A DNA stretch of 64,000 bases from an uncultured Methanomicrobiaceae archaeon (GCA_963826525.1 CAWGXH010000004.1:448001-512000), one strand, 5' to 3'. Positions 1-15,204 are shown, counted from the first letter of the stretch. Program-made: numbers and translations. Notes: generated by a model not told the origin, from the sequence alone.

Positions 1-363
1 GAGGTCCTGGGGCCCGTCGATGCTGGAACCGATGGGAATATGGTATTCAGCCAGAATGTCGGCAAGCTCCGGGGTCATCCTCCAGAGATTGGTCTGCATG
101 GCAAAGTCCGGCGTCAGGTGCCCGAGCCCTTCGGCGAGTAACGGCAACGCCTGTCGGTAGAACTCCGGGCCGGCGAGGAGGGGCTCGCCGCCGTGGAAGG
201 TGAAGGTTACCCTGTCGTCCCGGAAGTCCGTGAGCCATGCGACGACATCTTTGATGGTATCGATGCTCATGACGGGAGAGCCTTCTTCGGAGCTCCAGCA
301 GTAACTGCACCTCGAGGGGCAGCCCAATGTCGGAACGAGCATTACGTGAAAGGCGTTCTTCAT
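1..363 (-). CDS. Radical SAM/SPASM enzyme, methanogen peptide-modifying type (TIGR04083-like); 3' end runs off the window
   Basis: Manual translation from ATG at 363: MKNAFHVMLVPTLGCPSRCSYCWSSEEGSP...FTFHGGEPLLAG...FAMQTNLW...SIDGP. It has the CxxxCxxC and GGEP motifs. Not in the supplied ORF track. Confidence 0.85.
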   Translation of the reverse strand, partial: MKNAFHVMLVPTLGCPSRCSYCWSSEEGSPVMSIDTIKDVVAWLTDFRDDRVTFTFHGGEPLLAGPEFYRQALPLLAEGLGHLTPDFAMQTNLWRMTPELADILAEYHIPIGSSIDGPQDL

Positions 364-544
364 AAACTACTGAGTTTTCCCTTCCGGAACCATTAATAGT
401 TTTCTAATACGTCACAGCCGCCCCCGCGCGGCAGGGTAACCTCAGGGGCGGGAACTTTCGGCGCCCCCGCTGGAGAGAGAGGCCCGCCGTGACAAAGCCC
501 GAAGCATCGGCGTTCCCGTGGGGGTTTGGAGATAAAAGAGGGGG

Positions 545-1543
545 TTACCGGATGGCGGGGACCGACGCATCCGTCCCGATGATCTCACTTAAGTAGACGC
601 CCGACCCGACCCACCAGGTGTCGTTCACGGGGAGGACATACCCGATCTTCAGCTCTTCCCGGTTGTCCTTGTCGGGGTTCGGCCAGACGAAGACGACGTA
701 CCCGCCACCGGACTGTGCGGTGTCGGCAAGCGCCCGGATCATCTTCATCCCGAACGGTCCCTGCTTCTCGATCAGACTGGAGCCGATCTTCTCCTGCAGG
801 TAGGGGTGCGCAAGAAGCGTGCCGTTGTAGTCGTAGGCGTAGAGGTAATGCCCTTCCGCATCGACGAACATCCCGGACTGATTCGAGATCTCGGCAAACG
901 CAGCCGCAGATCCGTTCTCGCGTCCGTAGGCAGCACCGCGCTCGACGAGATCGATCATCGCCGCTACCGCATTCGGGTTCTGACCGGAGCTTTCGCAGGC
1001 CATGTCCGCGAAGTACATGCCTGAGCCGATCCACCAGGTCTCACCGACCGGGGAGACATAGCCGATCTTCGGCACGTAGGTATCCGGCGCCTTCTCATCT
1101 ATCGTTCCGCCCTCCGGTGCCGGGTAGAGGTACGCGATGAACCCGCCGCCGGTCGAAGCGGTATATGCCCCGATCCGGATCACCGGCAGGCCACGGATAT
1201 CCGTCCAGTTCATCCGGTCCGTTCCGACCAGATCGGCCTCATACGGGTGTGCAAGGAGCGTTCCGTTGTCATCGTAGGCGTAGATGTACGTATCGCCATG
1301 CGAGAACTGTCCGTCTTTCTTCGAAAATTCGGCAAGAGCAGCCTGCTCTCCGACCGCCTCCGCATATGCCGAGGCGTTCTGCACGAACCCGGCGAGATCG
1401 TTCGCCGTCGTCACCTGCTGCACGACCACTTGCTGGGTGGCCGTCTGATTCTGCACGGCCTCCTGTGTCCCGACGCAGCCGGCAAAGAGAGCGGCAAAGG
1501 CTACAAGAAAGCAAAGTGCACCGTAAAAAAACCTCTTCTGCAT
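545..1543 (-). CDS. Lipoprotein with two tandem Cache-like sensor domains
   Basis: Lipobox-type signal (LFAGC). Two internal repeats Y(I/L)YAYD.NGTLLAHPY...K.GYV.PV..TWW.GSG.Y. Confidence 0.8.
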   Translation of the reverse strand: MQKRFFYGALCFLVAFAALFAGCVGTQEAVQNQTATQQVVVQQVTTANDLAGFVQNASAYAEAVGEQAALAEFSKKDGQFSHGDTYIYAYDDNGTLLAHPYEADLVGTDRMNWTDIRGLPVIRIGAYTASTGGGFIAYLYPAPEGGTIDEKAPDTYVPKIGYVSPVGETWWIGSGMYFADMACESSGQNPNAVAAMIDLVERGAAYGRENGSAAAFAEISNQSGMFVDAEGHYLYAYDYNGTLLAHPYLQEKIGSSLIEKQGPFGMKMIRALADTAQSGGGYVVFVWPNPDKDNREELKIGYVLPVNDTWWVGSGVYLSEIIGTDASVPAIR

Positions 1544-1673
1544 ATCGATTATTTTAGATGGAATAGCTAAAAAAACACACTGAAATATTCTTCCGTCCGA
1601 GCGCCGGCACCGCAGACGGCGCTTCGCATCACAGGGTTTTCAGGGCAATGACGGGAGGGGACGAAACCTCCCA

Positions 1674-3098
1674 TCAGCTGCGTTCGAAGTCGATGAAGCC
1701 TTTGTAGGGATCCGTACCCACCAGGCGGACGCGGACCTTCTGACCCACGCGGAGGCCGGATTCACCCTGCACGACCCGGCCTTCCGCTGGCGGGGAGAGC
1801 AGTCTGACGTAGGTCCCCTTCTCCGAGGCGCCGGTGACAAACGCCTCGAACGACTCGCCGATTCTGTCCCGGAGCAGGACTGCGGCCGCAGCCTTTCGGA
1901 CGAACCGCTCGACCTTCTGGGACGCTTTCTCCCGCTCGGTCAGCCAGGCGGCAAGACCATTGAGTTCCGTAGAGGTGTACGGGCACTCCTCCCCGGTGAG
2001 CGCCGATTTGATCAGCCGCTGGATAACAACGTCGACATACCGCCGGTTCGGGGCGGTTCCGTGGGTGTAGTCGGTGACGGCGAGCGCAAAGTGGCCGATC
2101 GGCACGTTGCCGGGTTTGTAGGCCACGTATTCACCGGGTCCCATCAGTTTCACCACCGTCAGGGAGAGGTCCGGGAAGTGGTCGGGATCGGCGAGCTTCT
2201 GCCGGACGAGGAACCGGGTGAGCGCCAGTGCGTCCGGTTCGGCGGGCAGAACTTCACCGCGTTCCGCTGCCTCAGCAACGATCCCCTCCCAATTCTTCGG
2301 CGTCCTGACGATCCGCTGGATCATGGGGAGACCGGCGTCGCCAAGGAACGCCACGAGGCTCCTGTTGGCTCCGACCATGAACTCCTCTATCAGGCAGCGC
2401 GCCAGGTTCTGCCGCTGGACGACAAGATCGCCGACCCTCCCGTCCACCATGACCGGCTCCGCTTCGATCGTCTCGAGGGCGAGGGCTCCCTGCTCCACCC
2501 GGCGCTTCTTCAGGGATAGCGCGGCCTCGTTCTGCAGGAGCAGCTGCTCTTTGAGCCCCGGGACAGCCGCGACCGTCTGCGGGATTGGCCCTGTCCCCTC
2601 CAGCCAGTCCCCGACCTCCTCGTAGACGAGTTTCGCCTTGTTCGTGACGAGAGCGCGATAGACCTCGCCTGGCCGGGTGCTGCCGTCCGGGAGAACCGCG
2701 TACTCGGTGACGACCGCCATCCGCTCCTGCCCCGGCAGCAGGGAAGTGATGCCCTTCGAGAGCCGGTCGGGCAGCATCGGGAATGTCTCGACGCCGGTGT
2801 AGACCGAGGTTCCGTTCCGGCCGGCATACCGGTCGGTCTCCGAGCCTTTCGGGACGAAGGCGTCGACATCGGCGATGGCGACCCTGACGAGTACCTCCCC
2901 GTCCGCCCCGCGCTTGCAGACCTCCAGCTGGTCGAGGTCCATCGAGTCGTGGTTGTCGATGGATGACCAGAGGAGCGAGCGGAGATCGCGGATCCCCTCT
3001 CCGCCATCCATGAAAACGCCCGCGTCCATGCCGTTCACTTCCCGGATGACCGAACGCGGGACCCGGGAATAAATCCGTACTTCTCCATCGCGGCCCAT
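1674..3098 (-). CDS. RNB-domain exoribonuclease (RNase II/R family)
   Basis: SIDNHDSMDLDQ catalytic motif, YTHGTAPNRRYVD motif and C-terminal S1-like domain. Start is uncertain (the ORF extends to 3254). Confidence 0.88.
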   Translation of the reverse strand: MGRDGEVRIYSRVPRSVIREVNGMDAGVFMDGGEGIRDLRSLLWSSIDNHDSMDLDQLEVCKRGADGEVLVRVAIADVDAFVPKGSETDRYAGRNGTSVYTGVETFPMLPDRLSKGITSLLPGQERMAVVTEYAVLPDGSTRPGEVYRALVTNKAKLVYEEVGDWLEGTGPIPQTVAAVPGLKEQLLLQNEAALSLKKRRVEQGALALETIEAEPVMVDGRVGDLVVQRQNLARCLIEEFMVGANRSLVAFLGDAGLPMIQRIVRTPKNWEGIVAEAAERGEVLPAEPDALALTRFLVRQKLADPDHFPDLSLTVVKLMGPGEYVAYKPGNVPIGHFALAVTDYTHGTAPNRRYVDVVIQRLIKSALTGEECPYTSTELNGLAAWLTEREKASQKVERFVRKAAAAVLLRDRIGESFEAFVTGASEKGTYVRLLSPPAEGRVVQGESGLRVGQKVRVRLVGTDPYKGFIDFERS

Positions 3099-3301
3099 GC
3101 AATGACTTTCAGGTCGATATTCTGCCGGTTGTTCATCGTTACGTGAGAGATTCGTTTCAGGCCATAAAATACTGCGGGAACTCCTCCACATCCCGTGGGA
3201 GGTTACATCCCGGTACACGGCTCGAGGTAGGGGTGCCGGGATGAGATCGATCATGCAGGAATTTATCAGGGATCGTACCCTTTCCGGGGCACGGTGATCG
3301 G

Positions 3302-3973
3302 ATGGCAGATCAAACTCAGTACAGCGCGGTCAACCTGCTGGCGGACGCCGGCGCTGACCCGGAGCGATGGAGCCGGATACCGGACGACGCAACGATCGAG
3401 AGGACAATTAAGGCGATTGAATCCTGCAACGTCAGGGTGATACTGGCAGAGACGGGGGAAGGTGCACGGCGAGCGATTCTCGACCTGATACCGGAGGGTG
3501 CCGAGGTGATGAACGGCTACTCGACGACCCTGATCGAGATCGGCTACAACCAGGTGCTCGAAGAGAACCCGAAGGGCTGGCGCGATTATCACGCGGTCAT
3601 CACCGCCGAGAACGACGCGGAGAAGCGGCACGCACTCCGCCGCAAAAGCGTCACTGCCGACTATTTCCTCTCCGGCGTGCAGGCGATCGCCGGGTCGGGC
3701 GAGATCGTCGGGTGCGACAAGACGGGGAGCCGGGTCGGGGCATGGCCTCATGGGGCAGCCCATCTCATTCTCGTCAGCGGGGTGAATAAGATCGTGCCGA
3801 CACTCGACGAGGCGCTCAGGCGCTGCCGGGAGTACGCCCTACCGCTTGAGAACCAGCGTGCACAACGCGCCTACGGCGTCCCGAGCGAGATAGGTAACTA
3901 CGTCATACTCGCACAGCAGGTCGAGGAGGGAAGAGTCACCCTGATCCTGATCCGCGATCGGTTCGGCTATTGA
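3302..3973 (+). CDS. LUD-domain (lactate utilization-like) protein
   Basis: 223-aa ORF with GYSTTL..IG, ADYFLSGVQAI, D.TGSRV and VSGVNKIVP motifs. Confidence 0.8.
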   Translation: MADQTQYSAVNLLADAGADPERWSRIPDDATIERTIKAIESCNVRVILAETGEGARRAILDLIPEGAEVMNGYSTTLIEIGYNQVLEENPKGWRDYHAVITAENDAEKRHALRRKSVTADYFLSGVQAIAGSGEIVGCDKTGSRVGAWPHGAAHLILVSGVNKIVPTLDEALRRCREYALPLENQRAQRAYGVPSEIGNYVILAQQVEEGRVTLILIRDRFGY

Positions 3974-4316
3974 TGGCTAGAGGATCGAAGGAGAGACGGC
4001 ATTATCGTGGAGCGATCTCCACCCCCTCCGGCAGTATGGAGAGCGAAGTTACAAGTCCGAGGACAGAATGCCCAACGGGGTTTTCTCAACCATGCACCCG
4101 GGTTTACGTGGGAGGGGCACCTTTCCGGAGTCTGCTTTCACCTGGCCCGGAAGAAGCCGGTTGCTCAGGGTGTAGGGGAAACGCACAAAAGGGTCTGGTT
4201 GTGTAATCCTTTGCGAGGCTTAACGCTCTGTGATGAATAGTTGGAAGCAGAAGTGTGCGGTGTGACTCTGGAAAGAAACGTTGCGAAGAAGTGATTCGTG
4301 TGCTAAGATAGAGGAA

Positions 4317-4443
4317 GGTAATAGCAGCGAATCATGCTTCCCGAGGACTCGCGTACCTCAGTACAACATGATACGTGAGTGGGCTTCACTGCTGGGTTCG
4401 GAATGGGTCCAGGTGTTTCCCCACTGCTATGGCCGCTATTACC
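4317..4443 (-). rRNA. rrf: 5S rRNA
   Basis: GGTAATAGCGGCCATAGC...CCCATTCCGAACCC...GCTGCTATTACC, with a self-complementary terminal helix. Confidence 0.95.
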
Positions 4444-4445
4444 AA

Positions 4446-4517
4446 AGCCAAGGCCCGGACTTGAACCGGGGTGTAGCTGATCTGCAGTCAACCGCGTAGC
4501 CGCTCCGCCACCTTGGC
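4446..4517 (-). tRNA. tRNA-Cys (GCA)
   Basis: GCCAAGGTGGCGGAGCGG...CTGCAGA...GGTTCAAGTCC...CCTTGGCT cloverleaf; CCA not encoded. Confidence 0.96.
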
Positions 4518-4554
4518 AAGCCGTGTGTATTTGGTAGGTTCATGCGTTCATCGG

Positions 4555-4570
4555 GTATAAACCCTTTGTC
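4555..4570 (-). promoter_or_regulatory. Putative internal BRE/TATA promoter for tRNA-Cys-5S
   Basis: Minus strand GACAAAGGG-TTTATAC, about 40 nt upstream of the tRNA-Cys 5' end. Confidence 0.5.
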
Positions 4571-4611
4571 TGCTGAACGGTTTGGTGTGCACTCTGGATT
4601 TCGTCTGAGTT

Positions 4612-7526
<2,915 letters not shown>

Positions 7527-7635
7527 TTCCGCTGAACTCATTTAACGTCCAGAGTACACACCTATACACGGCTTCGTCAGGTCAAAAGACCTTCAGCCCT
7601 TCCCCGGGGACTCACATTCCCGGGTGCATTGACAG

Positions 7636-7709
7636 TGGACTCAGGGGGATTTGAACCCCCGGCCTCGGCGTTGCAAACGCCGCGCTCTTCCAACTGAGAT
7701 TATGAGCCC
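7636..7709 (-). tRNA. tRNA-Ala (TGC) in the 16S-23S spacer
   Basis: GGGCTCA...TTTGCAA...GGTTCAAATCCCCCTGAGTCCA. Confidence 0.93.
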
Positions 7710-7782
7710 TAGATATCCGTTGACATCGGCAATTCTACGTTTTGTTTAGCAACCGCATGCTTAGACCCAAGAAATGTCATTA

Positions 7783-9248
<1,466 letters not shown>

Positions 9249-9404
9249 TCTTCTCGAAATACGCACACTACTTACTTACTGATAACTTGGGTGGAATTAG
9301 CGGTTACTAAACAAATTTCCGCATTGCCAATGCCAACGTCAGAATCAACCCGCTCAATGACGGTCACGTTGATTCTCCATCGAAGAGAACTAATATTTGT
9401 TATT

Positions 9405-9655
9405 GCAGTTATTTAAGGCTCTGCATCCTGCGCCCGGAATACTTCCGGGCGCAGGATGCGTGCCTTCATCGTGTGAGGAACAGTATTTGTCGTTCATCGC
9501 ATATAAAGGTTGTGTCTCGCACAACCCTGCATGCGGGGACAAAACCAACTGTTCCCGGCAGCGTTCGACCCGTGTCCCGAGGATCGTTGAGATTCTCGTT
9601 CGCGGCGCGAGCCTGCGCAGGAAACTATGTTGGTTTTGCTCCCATATAAACGTTG
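9405..9655 (-). promoter_or_regulatory. Candidate tandem rRNA promoters (TATA boxes)
   Basis: Minus-strand CCTTAAATAA (~9409-9418), CCTTTATATG (~9499-9509) and GTTTATATG (~9643-9651) upstream of 16S. Confidence 0.5.
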
Positions 9656-10370
9656 TTCCCGCATCAGATCCGAGCAGAACGACTCGGACCCTCATAGTTG
9701 CGTCCCTGATAGCGCCGCGGCCAGACCACCCCGAAGGGCTGCACGACCGGGCTGCATACCAACGCAGCCTCCATATGTTATCGTCGTCACCATAAATACC
9801 TTCCTGCTGATGGCGGATCCAACGGTTCCGGCAACGATATGCCCCGGTGCAGAACACCAGAAGACTGCAGACCCAGAACAGAGAAAACCGCCCGGATACG
9901 CTTCTGATTCGACCGGACGATCCGATCTCCAGGGCAGGCAAACCACCTCACCCCGGTGAGACGATACAACGAAGCATTTTCGAAATCCAGACAAGGCATA
10001 TATACTCCGAACGGGCATAGGTACCCCTTTTCAGGCTCCGTTCACACAGCAACCCCTGCACCGGCGTCCCGGAGTATGGCGCAGAGAATACTTCTCCCCA
10101 TCCCGGGACACTCCTCTGTGCGCGCAAAATCATCAAAACAGTCCCGATACACGCCTCCCGACGGCATGCCCGGGGCCGTCACGCGCAACTTTGCTCCGTG
10201 CATCGCGTCGATAAAAATGCATCCGACCCATTGCAGAGCCGGGGGAGAGACCTTCTCCGCAGCATGCACCGGCGCGCGAGTTATCGGAGAGTGGCTCCCC
10301 GAAATCAGGTACCCCACCGCCGCCTCCGGCACCGATCCGCCTGCACGGCAGCATTCAGGGATGCCGGCCT

Positions 10371-11210
10371 CTATCCGATCTCTTTTGTCCACCAGATCGC
10401 CGCCGTCGGCCTGACCGATCGTTCGACGTACTTTCCCGAAGCATCCCGGGCGAGCACCCTGCTGAAGTACTCGACGATCGAGGAGCGGTCTTCCTGATCG
10501 GGGCTATGCATCGCCACCCAGTTTTGGACGGCCTCGTCGACGGAGTCATAGACCACCTCCCAGACGGCATGGTAAATCCGGACGTTCGGGTAGATCCCGG
10601 CGTCGTGGAGAATGTTGACGGGATAGATGTAGTCCGGATACCCTTTCTGCAGCGCCACCTCCTCCCCGAAGACCGCCCGGTACAGCGCCATCTCGTCACG
10701 GCTCCGCCACTCTCCCGCATGCCAGAAGAGGTAGACCGCGCGGGTGGCGGCGGCGTCGAGCTTTTGGAGAGCGGCGGCGAGATCGTAAAACCCGAGCGAG
10801 AATGCCGCGATGACCAGATCGTGCGGCTCGATATCCCTGCCTACCACGACATCCTCCCAGCGCATCCGGACGCAGGAGTAGTTGCTCCGCCCCGCCGCGG
10901 CCATCCGCTCCTCCAGAATAGAAAGCATCCCTCCCGACGGGTCGAGTGCCGTCACATGGGCGGCGGTACGCGCGATCGGCACGGCAAGCCTGCCCGTCCC
11001 CGCACCCACGTCGAGCACGGTGTCAGAGGGCCGCAGATCGAGCACCGCGAGTTCCTGCTCCGTCGCTTCCGTTTCGTCGCGGGTGGCCCGCTGGTAGGCG
11101 GCGGCGCGTTTATCCCAGACGGCAGCAGGGTCGCGGTCCTTCTCGGACCTCCCGGGTGAACTCGCGTGGATCGCCTTCCAGAGCTCGTTCCAGTCGATAA
11201 TCCGGTGCAT
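10371..11210 (-). CDS. Class I SAM-dependent methyltransferase
   Basis: VLDVGAGTGRL motif I and ALDPS; start placed at MHRIIDW. Confidence 0.88.
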   Translation of the reverse strand: MHRIIDWNELWKAIHASSPGRSEKDRDPAAVWDKRAAAYQRATRDETEATEQELAVLDLRPSDTVLDVGAGTGRLAVPIARTAAHVTALDPSGGMLSILEERMAAAGRSNYSCVRMRWEDVVVGRDIEPHDLVIAAFSLGFYDLAAALQKLDAAATRAVYLFWHAGEWRSRDEMALYRAVFGEEVALQKGYPDYIYPVNILHDAGIYPNVRIYHAVWEVVYDSVDEAVQNWVAMHSPDQEDRSSIVEYFSRVLARDASGKYVERSVRPTAAIWWTKEIG

Positions 11211-11295
11211 ACCTTTCCTCTCTCCCTGAAATAGTATAAGCGCTTCTCCGACGCCGCAGGGGAGCGATTCCACAAGAGCCATTACCGGGATCTCT

Positions 11296-12507
11296 TCACG
11301 CGTACTCCGAGAGAATGCTTTTTGCCCCAAAAGAGGCAAAAAGACGCCCGATGAAGAGGTCGCTGTACGTCATGCGGAGGAGCGGATACCGGAACGTCAT
11401 CTGCAGCCGTGACGAGGGAACGAACTGGTGCGCGAATCTCCTCGCCTCATCCTGCTTTTTCGTGATGAACGGTTTCAGAAATTGCTCGTATGCCGGGAAG
11501 GCGCGTCGATGATCGCCACTGTACCTCCGGAGCTCCCGTGCGATGACATATGCGCCGGCCATGGCCATATGCGATCCCTGCCCTGCAAGCGGTGTCAGAC
11601 ATCCGCATGCATCCCCAAGAAGCGCGATGCGCCCGGTGTGCCAGGCCGGCATAACGATCTGCGTCATGGCATCGAAGTACGGCGGCTCGGCAGAAGGGAC
11701 TTCCCGCAGCACCTCTTCGGCAATCCACCCCGCCCCTACATACTGTTCGCGCACGAATGCCAGACGCTCGTCGTGGGGGAGACGCCCGACGTCGTCATGC
11801 CGGAAGAAATACATCGCGTCCATGCACCGATCGTCCAGCGGATAGCACCAGAGGACACGGCCCGGCTCTTCATAGATCTTCAGCGCTCGATCGATCGCAT
11901 ACCCGCGGCGCGGGACGTGAAACCCCGCGATGTAGTAGCCGAGAAAGCGGTCGAATTGCGACTCCTGCCCGAAGGCCAGTTCCCTGACCCGTGAGTGCAC
12001 CCCGTCGGCACCGAAGAGCAGCCGGAACGTATCCGACGTTCCGTCGCTGAACGTCACCTGCACCCCGGCATCGGTCTCCTGCACCGACCGGATGGTGGTG
12101 TCAAAAAGCACCGGCACGCCCGCTCCCGAAGCGCGATGAAAGAGAATACGTTCCAGGTCGGAACGGCGCAAATATGCGTATTTCCCCCAAAGAGCCCGGC
12201 GCACGCGTTCGATGGGCACGGCAGGGAACCTGGGGCTGCCGCTTTCATCGACGTACTCCAGATCATCTATCGGGTACTGGACCTCCCGGATCTCGTCGAC
12301 AAGTCCCATCCGTTCGGCTACATCCCACCCGGTTCCGAAGAAATCCATCATGTAGCCTTCGGTTCGCATCGCGGGAGCGCGTTCGATCACGACCGGATCC
12401 CAGCCGTTCTCCTTGAGCAGGATGCCAAGCGTCAGCCCGGCAATGCCGCCTCCCGAGATGAGTACTCTTCCATCATCCGTGCCGTGAACGTCGGACTCCC
12501 GGTTCAT
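11296..12507 (-). CDS. FAD-dependent monooxygenase (UbiH/FAD_binding_3 type)
   Basis: GGGIAGL, GADGVHSRVR and LLGDA...PLAGQG motifs. Confidence 0.9.
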   Translation of the reverse strand: MNRESDVHGTDDGRVLISGGGIAGLTLGILLKENGWDPVVIERAPAMRTEGYMMDFFGTGWDVAERMGLVDEIREVQYPIDDLEYVDESGSPRFPAVPIERVRRALWGKYAYLRRSDLERILFHRASGAGVPVLFDTTIRSVQETDAGVQVTFSDGTSDTFRLLFGADGVHSRVRELAFGQESQFDRFLGYYIAGFHVPRRGYAIDRALKIYEEPGRVLWCYPLDDRCMDAMYFFRHDDVGRLPHDERLAFVREQYVGAGWIAEEVLREVPSAEPPYFDAMTQIVMPAWHTGRIALLGDACGCLTPLAGQGSHMAMAGAYVIARELRRYSGDHRRAFPAYEQFLKPFITKKQDEARRFAHQFVPSSRLQMTFRYPLLRMTYSDLFIGRLFASFGAKSILSEYA

Positions 12508-12701
12508 GTCTCCAGAAGGATCGTTCTCCGATATCAAGGGAATAGATGACGCACCGGAGCAGATGGGGTGATTTCTTGCCCGGCATGACAGGCCGGAAAG
12601 AGCCATATGACGACGTATCGCGTCTGTTTCCGCCCCAACCAGATCGTCATACGAACAATTATATCCCCGACGGTCATCCCTCCCCACAGTGGGGAGATGT
12701 C

Positions 12702-13325
12702 ATGGCAGGAGATCTGACCGGCCTTATGCGCCTATCAAAGGTCGATATTGACCCCGCAGCCGAGGTGCTCGCCCGTTCGTTCGAGCAGGACCCCAAGATG
12801 ACGTACTTCACGTCCGATACCGAAGAGCATCGTGCGCTCGCACGCCACATTCTCGCGTTCGAGCTTGCATACGGGATCCTGTACGGGGAGGTTTACGCAC
12901 CGTCGCCCGCGATGGAGGGCGTGGCGGTCTGGCTTCCCTCGGAGAAGGCCGAGATCTCCTTCTGGAGGGCAGTCCGTGCCGGGGCGTTCTCTCTTCGACG
13001 GCACGTCGGCGGAGACGTCATGAAACGGATCCTTTCATTCTCGGAGTACACCGATGCGCTCCACCGCGAGCATCTGCCGGGCTCGCACTGGTACCTCTTC
13101 TTCATCGGGGTAGACCCGGCCACCAGGGGAAGGGAGTATGCGAGCCGCCTTATCCGGCCGATGCTCGCACGGCTGGATCGGGAGGGGGCATCCTGCTATC
13201 TCGTCACGCAGAACGAGCAGAACGTACCCCTGTACGAGCACTACGGGTTTACCGTGCTCGCCCACAGCACCATTCCCGGCTGCGATGTCGAGCACGTCGA
13301 GATGCTCCGGGAGGCGGGGCGGTGA
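12702..13325 (+). CDS. GNAT N-acetyltransferase
   Basis: WYLFFIGVDP..RG, and N.PLYEHYGF. Confidence 0.85.
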   Translation: MAGDLTGLMRLSKVDIDPAAEVLARSFEQDPKMTYFTSDTEEHRALARHILAFELAYGILYGEVYAPSPAMEGVAVWLPSEKAEISFWRAVRAGAFSLRRHVGGDVMKRILSFSEYTDALHREHLPGSHWYLFFIGVDPATRGREYASRLIRPMLARLDREGASCYLVTQNEQNVPLYEHYGFTVLAHSTIPGCDVEHVEMLREAGR

Positions 13326-13371
13326 GCCGTCCCTCTCTTATACTCCCGGAGCAGACCAGGTACACCTGAAC

Positions 13372-13923
13372 ATGCAGATCGTGACCCCGAGTTCCGTGCT
13401 TCGCGCCTGGACGCCCGACGATGCCGGGTCTCTGGTGCGGCACGCGAACAACCCCCGGATCGCGGCCATGATGCGCGACGCATTTCCGTCCCCGTATACC
13501 TGGGTGGCTGCATGCCGCTTCATCAATGCGGCCACGGATACATCGTCGCACCTCTACCTCGCGATCGACGTCGGCGGCGAGGCGGTGGGCGGCATCGGCA
13601 TCCAGCCGCTGGACGACGTCAGGCGCAGAACGGCCGAGATAGGTTACTGGCTCGCGGAGTCCTTCTGGGGGCGGGGTATCGCCACCGACGCCGTGCGCTC
13701 GATCGTGCCGGTTGCCTTCGCGGCATTCGATATCGTCCGGCTCGAGGCGGGCATCTTCTCAAATAATCCTGCATCGATGCGTGTCCTCGAGAAGTGCGGC
13801 TTTTCCCGCGAAGCGGTTCACCGGAGAGCCATCACGAAGAACGGCGCTGTCCTCGACGAGGTGGTGTACGTGCACTTCGGCGAGAGAGAAACCGGCCCGG
13901 ACTCCTGCCGGCCCGGGTCGTAA
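13372..13923 (+). CDS. RimJ/RimL-type GNAT acetyltransferase
   Basis: AEIGYWL...FWGRGIAT and NNPASMRVLEKCGF. Confidence 0.9.
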   Translation: MQIVTPSSVLRAWTPDDAGSLVRHANNPRIAAMMRDAFPSPYTWVAACRFINAATDTSSHLYLAIDVGGEAVGGIGIQPLDDVRRRTAEIGYWLAESFWGRGIATDAVRSIVPVAFAAFDIVRLEAGIFSNNPASMRVLEKCGFSREAVHRRAITKNGAVLDEVVYVHFGERETGPDSCRPGS

Positions 13924-13965
13924 CGGGGGTATCCCCCGGCGTTCTGCTCCCTTTCGGCTCGACCG

Positions 13966-14377
13966 CTACCCTGCGTTCTCATCCGGCTGCATCATGCCGA
14001 AAGTGTTGCCCTCGGTGATCCCTGCAGTACGCCAGCCAGCCGATGCCCTGTACCGCCATCCTGGGGAGGGCGATGCTCCCGCCGGCTTTCTGCACTTTCT
14101 CGACGGACTCGTCCAGGTCGGCAACGCCGAGCGTACAGACATATGCGTTCACGGGTTGTCCCTCGGCAGGTGCCGGACCCCGGCGGAACATGAGACCGCC
14201 GTTGATGCCGCGTTCGGTATCGGGCCCGGTCGTCACCAGCCAGTACCGGTTTTCATCCGCCATCACGACGTCGGGCACGACCCACTCGTGAATCTCCCAG
14301 CCGAACACGTCCCGGTAAAACTTCGCCGCCCGTTCGGGCTCGCCTGCATGTATCTCAAAATGCACTATCCGGTTCAT
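13966..14377 (-). CDS. VOC/glyoxalase family protein (one frameshift near the 3' end)
   Basis: MNRIVHFEIHA..PERA.KFY..VFGW, GINGG and ...EGNTFGMMQ. Confidence 0.85.
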
Positions 14378-14655
14378 CGATTCATCCTCCTCGATTGTGC
14401 CTTTCGGGACCAAACCATTCCCTCCATCCGTTTCGAGAATACACCCCTTCAGGCCCTGCCCCCCGACCATCACGTCCGGAGTTTCCGTGCGGGATCGGGT
14501 TCGGTGGTTGCATGTCGTTTTCCGCCATAATGGTTTTCCGTACCCGGGATTTCGGCGAACGTATCGTGCGGGGGCGTTCGGGACGGAGAAGACCCAAGGT
14601 TCGACCGGGGAGTGCCACGAACTATAATTATGACAGCCACAGAAAGGCGGTCATC

Positions 14656-15204
14656 ATGGATGAAATTCCGTTGTCCAGGGCATACCGCCTCATCGAGCCG
14701 GTCCGGTCGTGCTGGTGACGACCAGGCATCAGGAACGCGCCAACATCATGACGATGAGCTGGCACATGGCGATGGAGTTCGAGCCTCCGCTGATCGGCTG
14801 CATCATCGGCCCCTGGGATTACAGTTTCACGGCATTGCGTGCAACCAGGGAATGCGTGATCGCCATCCCTACGGTCGAGCTTGCAACCCGGGTAGTCGAG
14901 ATCGGCAACTGCTCGGGTCGCGATGTCGACAAGTTCGACGCCTTCGGCCTGACACCGGTGCCGGCCGAAGAAGGTGAAGGCGCCGCTCGTGGCCGAGTGT
15001 CTCGCCAATCTCGAATGCCGGGTGGTGGACACCAGTCTGGTAGACAAGTACGGCCTCTTCATCCTGGAGGTCGTCAAGGCCTGGACCGATCCCGGACACA
15101 CAGAACGCCGGACGATCCATGCCAACGGGGATGGCACCTTCGTGGTCGACGGCGAGACCATCAACCTCAGGAAGAAGATGGTGAAATGGCAGGCCTACCT
15201 GTAA
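14656..15204 (+). CDS. Flavin reductase family protein (split by 2 frameshifts)
   Basis: Fragments MDEIPLSRAYRLIEP / NIMTMSWH..EF.PPLIG, GNCSGRDVDKF / APLVAECLANLECRV. Confidence 0.85.

Noticed and set aside
7695-7709. tRNA-Ala 5' region reads ATAATCTCAG instead of the usual ATAGCTCAG
   Set aside because: This fits the window-wide indel/substitution error and is not evidence for an unusual tRNA.
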